Shown: positions 62,603-64,000 of the stretch, piece after piece
How positions within the stretch are numbered: position 1 is the first letter of the stretch
How the letters are laid out: each line of letters starts with the position of its first letter
Origin: Phoronis australis
Lineage: Eukaryota > Animalia > Phoronida
Assembly (NCBI GenBank): GCA_002633005.1
Contig: NMRA01000155.1
Span: 68,727 to 132,726, forward strand
Length of the DNA stretch: 64,000 bases
Direction: 5' to 3'
Program-made: the position numbers and the translations under genes
Notes under the pieces: model-generated
Database searches by the model: none
Told to the model about the DNA's origin: nothing
What the model saw: the letters and a program-made list of their open reading frames with translations, nothing else

Positions 62603-63035
62603 GTATGAATATGAACTAATTGGTCCTGAGCGTGCATAATGATTATTATTTTCACAGGCTTTCGACGTCACATCCGTCACTGCAGCAATTGCCATGACAA
62701 TGTTTTCATTGTCACACTCGGCGAAACGGCAGTAGCCGCAAACCGGCAGGCGGGTTATTAATGCAGTTCATGTACACACACTTAAACGAGATCATGTAGA
62801 CAGTTTGCTGTCATACGAGAGGAACAAAATTCCTAAATTTTCCCTCATAGTTCAATTTTCAAGAAATTTGTCACTTTAATTTTAACATTAAGTTGGTCAA
62901 TCGTAAGTTGATCAAAAAAAATGAAAGTAGTCTTGGGAAATTAGTGTACTAAAATTTTGTCTGCTTCAAAACTGGCCCATGTTTTGTCGTGTTTGTCAAC
63001 TCCCAAAGAGATGCCTAGTAAAATTTGGAAAACAC

Positions 63036-63199
63036 CAGTGGCGGATTTAGAGGGGGGAGGGTTAAGGGGGCCATGCCCCCCCCCCTAAAATTCTCCCAGA
63101 TTCCATTTGCCATTTCGGTAGTGCGAATGTCTGACGGGAAAAATCCTGACTAATACTCTGCCCTGGCCCCCCTTACTCAAAATTCCAGATTCGCCCCTA
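63036..63199. mobile_element. MITE family B copy, perfect 5-bp TSD AACAC
   Basis: aacac|cagtggcggatttagagggggg...cagattcgccccta|aacac. Confidence 0.85.
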
Positions 63200-64000
63200 A
63201 ACACGTTCCTTAATTATATTTAGAGTAGAAAATGCGATAGAATTGGTCATAAACCATTTATTATTCAACTGTATGGGTTAGGTGGATGTGAAATGACAGA
63301 CCTTTACGCTTGTGTAAGAGCCTCTTAAAAGAGTATATTGATGCGTAGGATACTAAATGCCTGACCTTAGTGGAAGGGTAGGCATACATGTAAGTCCCTT
63401 ACTAAACAGTGATTCCAACACCACTGGGGTTCTAAAAGTTAGCATCTACTTCTACCTAAACTAAGAACCTTTTGGAAATGAAATAGTTAATTTCCTTTAT
63501 GACTTCTTTAATAAGAACGATCAAGATGAAATATATGTATAATATCAGACAATGAGATGTAATTCCACTGTCAAGATTATGGATAAAACCTGGAAGCTTT
63601 GGAAGACTTAAAATGAAAAATATGTCTGCTACATGGCATTTCTATTGAAAGAAGAAGGATTTTTGTGGTCGTTCTATAGCTTTTTTGGAAAATTAAATTT
63701 TGGACTTAGGTTTCTGAACTTATGCCATCAAAGAAGCTATTTCTTGAACATGGAAAGAATTAAACAAAAATTCAATTCTGTGCATCGTTTATGCCAAGTT
63801 TCGTAAAATTATTGCTTGCACACTAAAAACGCAAAATATATGCACAATAGTTTTGTGATTCGTAAATATTATGGACATGGACGTGACTTGAAATGGCTAG
63901 CATACCTTGATACATGTGTACCTGTTACTTCTGATCAGTGGAGAATGTTTATTATGTGAAATTTACTCTTGATGGGAAGCTTCGATGGTTTCAGTTCAGG

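Overview
Eukaryotic (invertebrate-type, AT-rich, intron-containing) genomic DNA from a draft assembly with single-N joins and one N-gap. The supplied ORF track is mostly noise because the genes are spliced. Four protein-coding genes could be reconstructed by eye with GT-AG junctions: (1) a rhodopsin-class peptide-receptor-like GPCR on the minus strand, running off the left edge; (2) a complete 6-exon TMEM208 (minus); (3) a SEC14L2-like CRAL-TRIO+GOLD lipid-transfer gene (minus; 11 exons visible and one required exon apparently lost at an assembly N); (4) the 5' part of a PARP12/ZAP-like CCCH-zinc-finger + WWE gene (plus), head-to-head with the SEC14L gene. The rest is rich in DNA-transposon derivatives. 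These include a Kolobok deletion derivative (THAP plus KolX-like remnants), several MITE families with CA...TG ends and 5-bp target duplications, and a 3.06-kb TIR element with a 5-bp TSD carrying two convergent decayed genes (poly-C2H2 and RING/PHD-like). There are also two ~700-bp foldback elements, two perfect ~70-bp palindromes, tRNA-derived SINEs, and a 1.4/2.0-kb tandem duplication that is probably a haplotype artefact. No clearly novel biological system is demonstrated; the unclassified 5-bp-TSD transposon group is the best lead.
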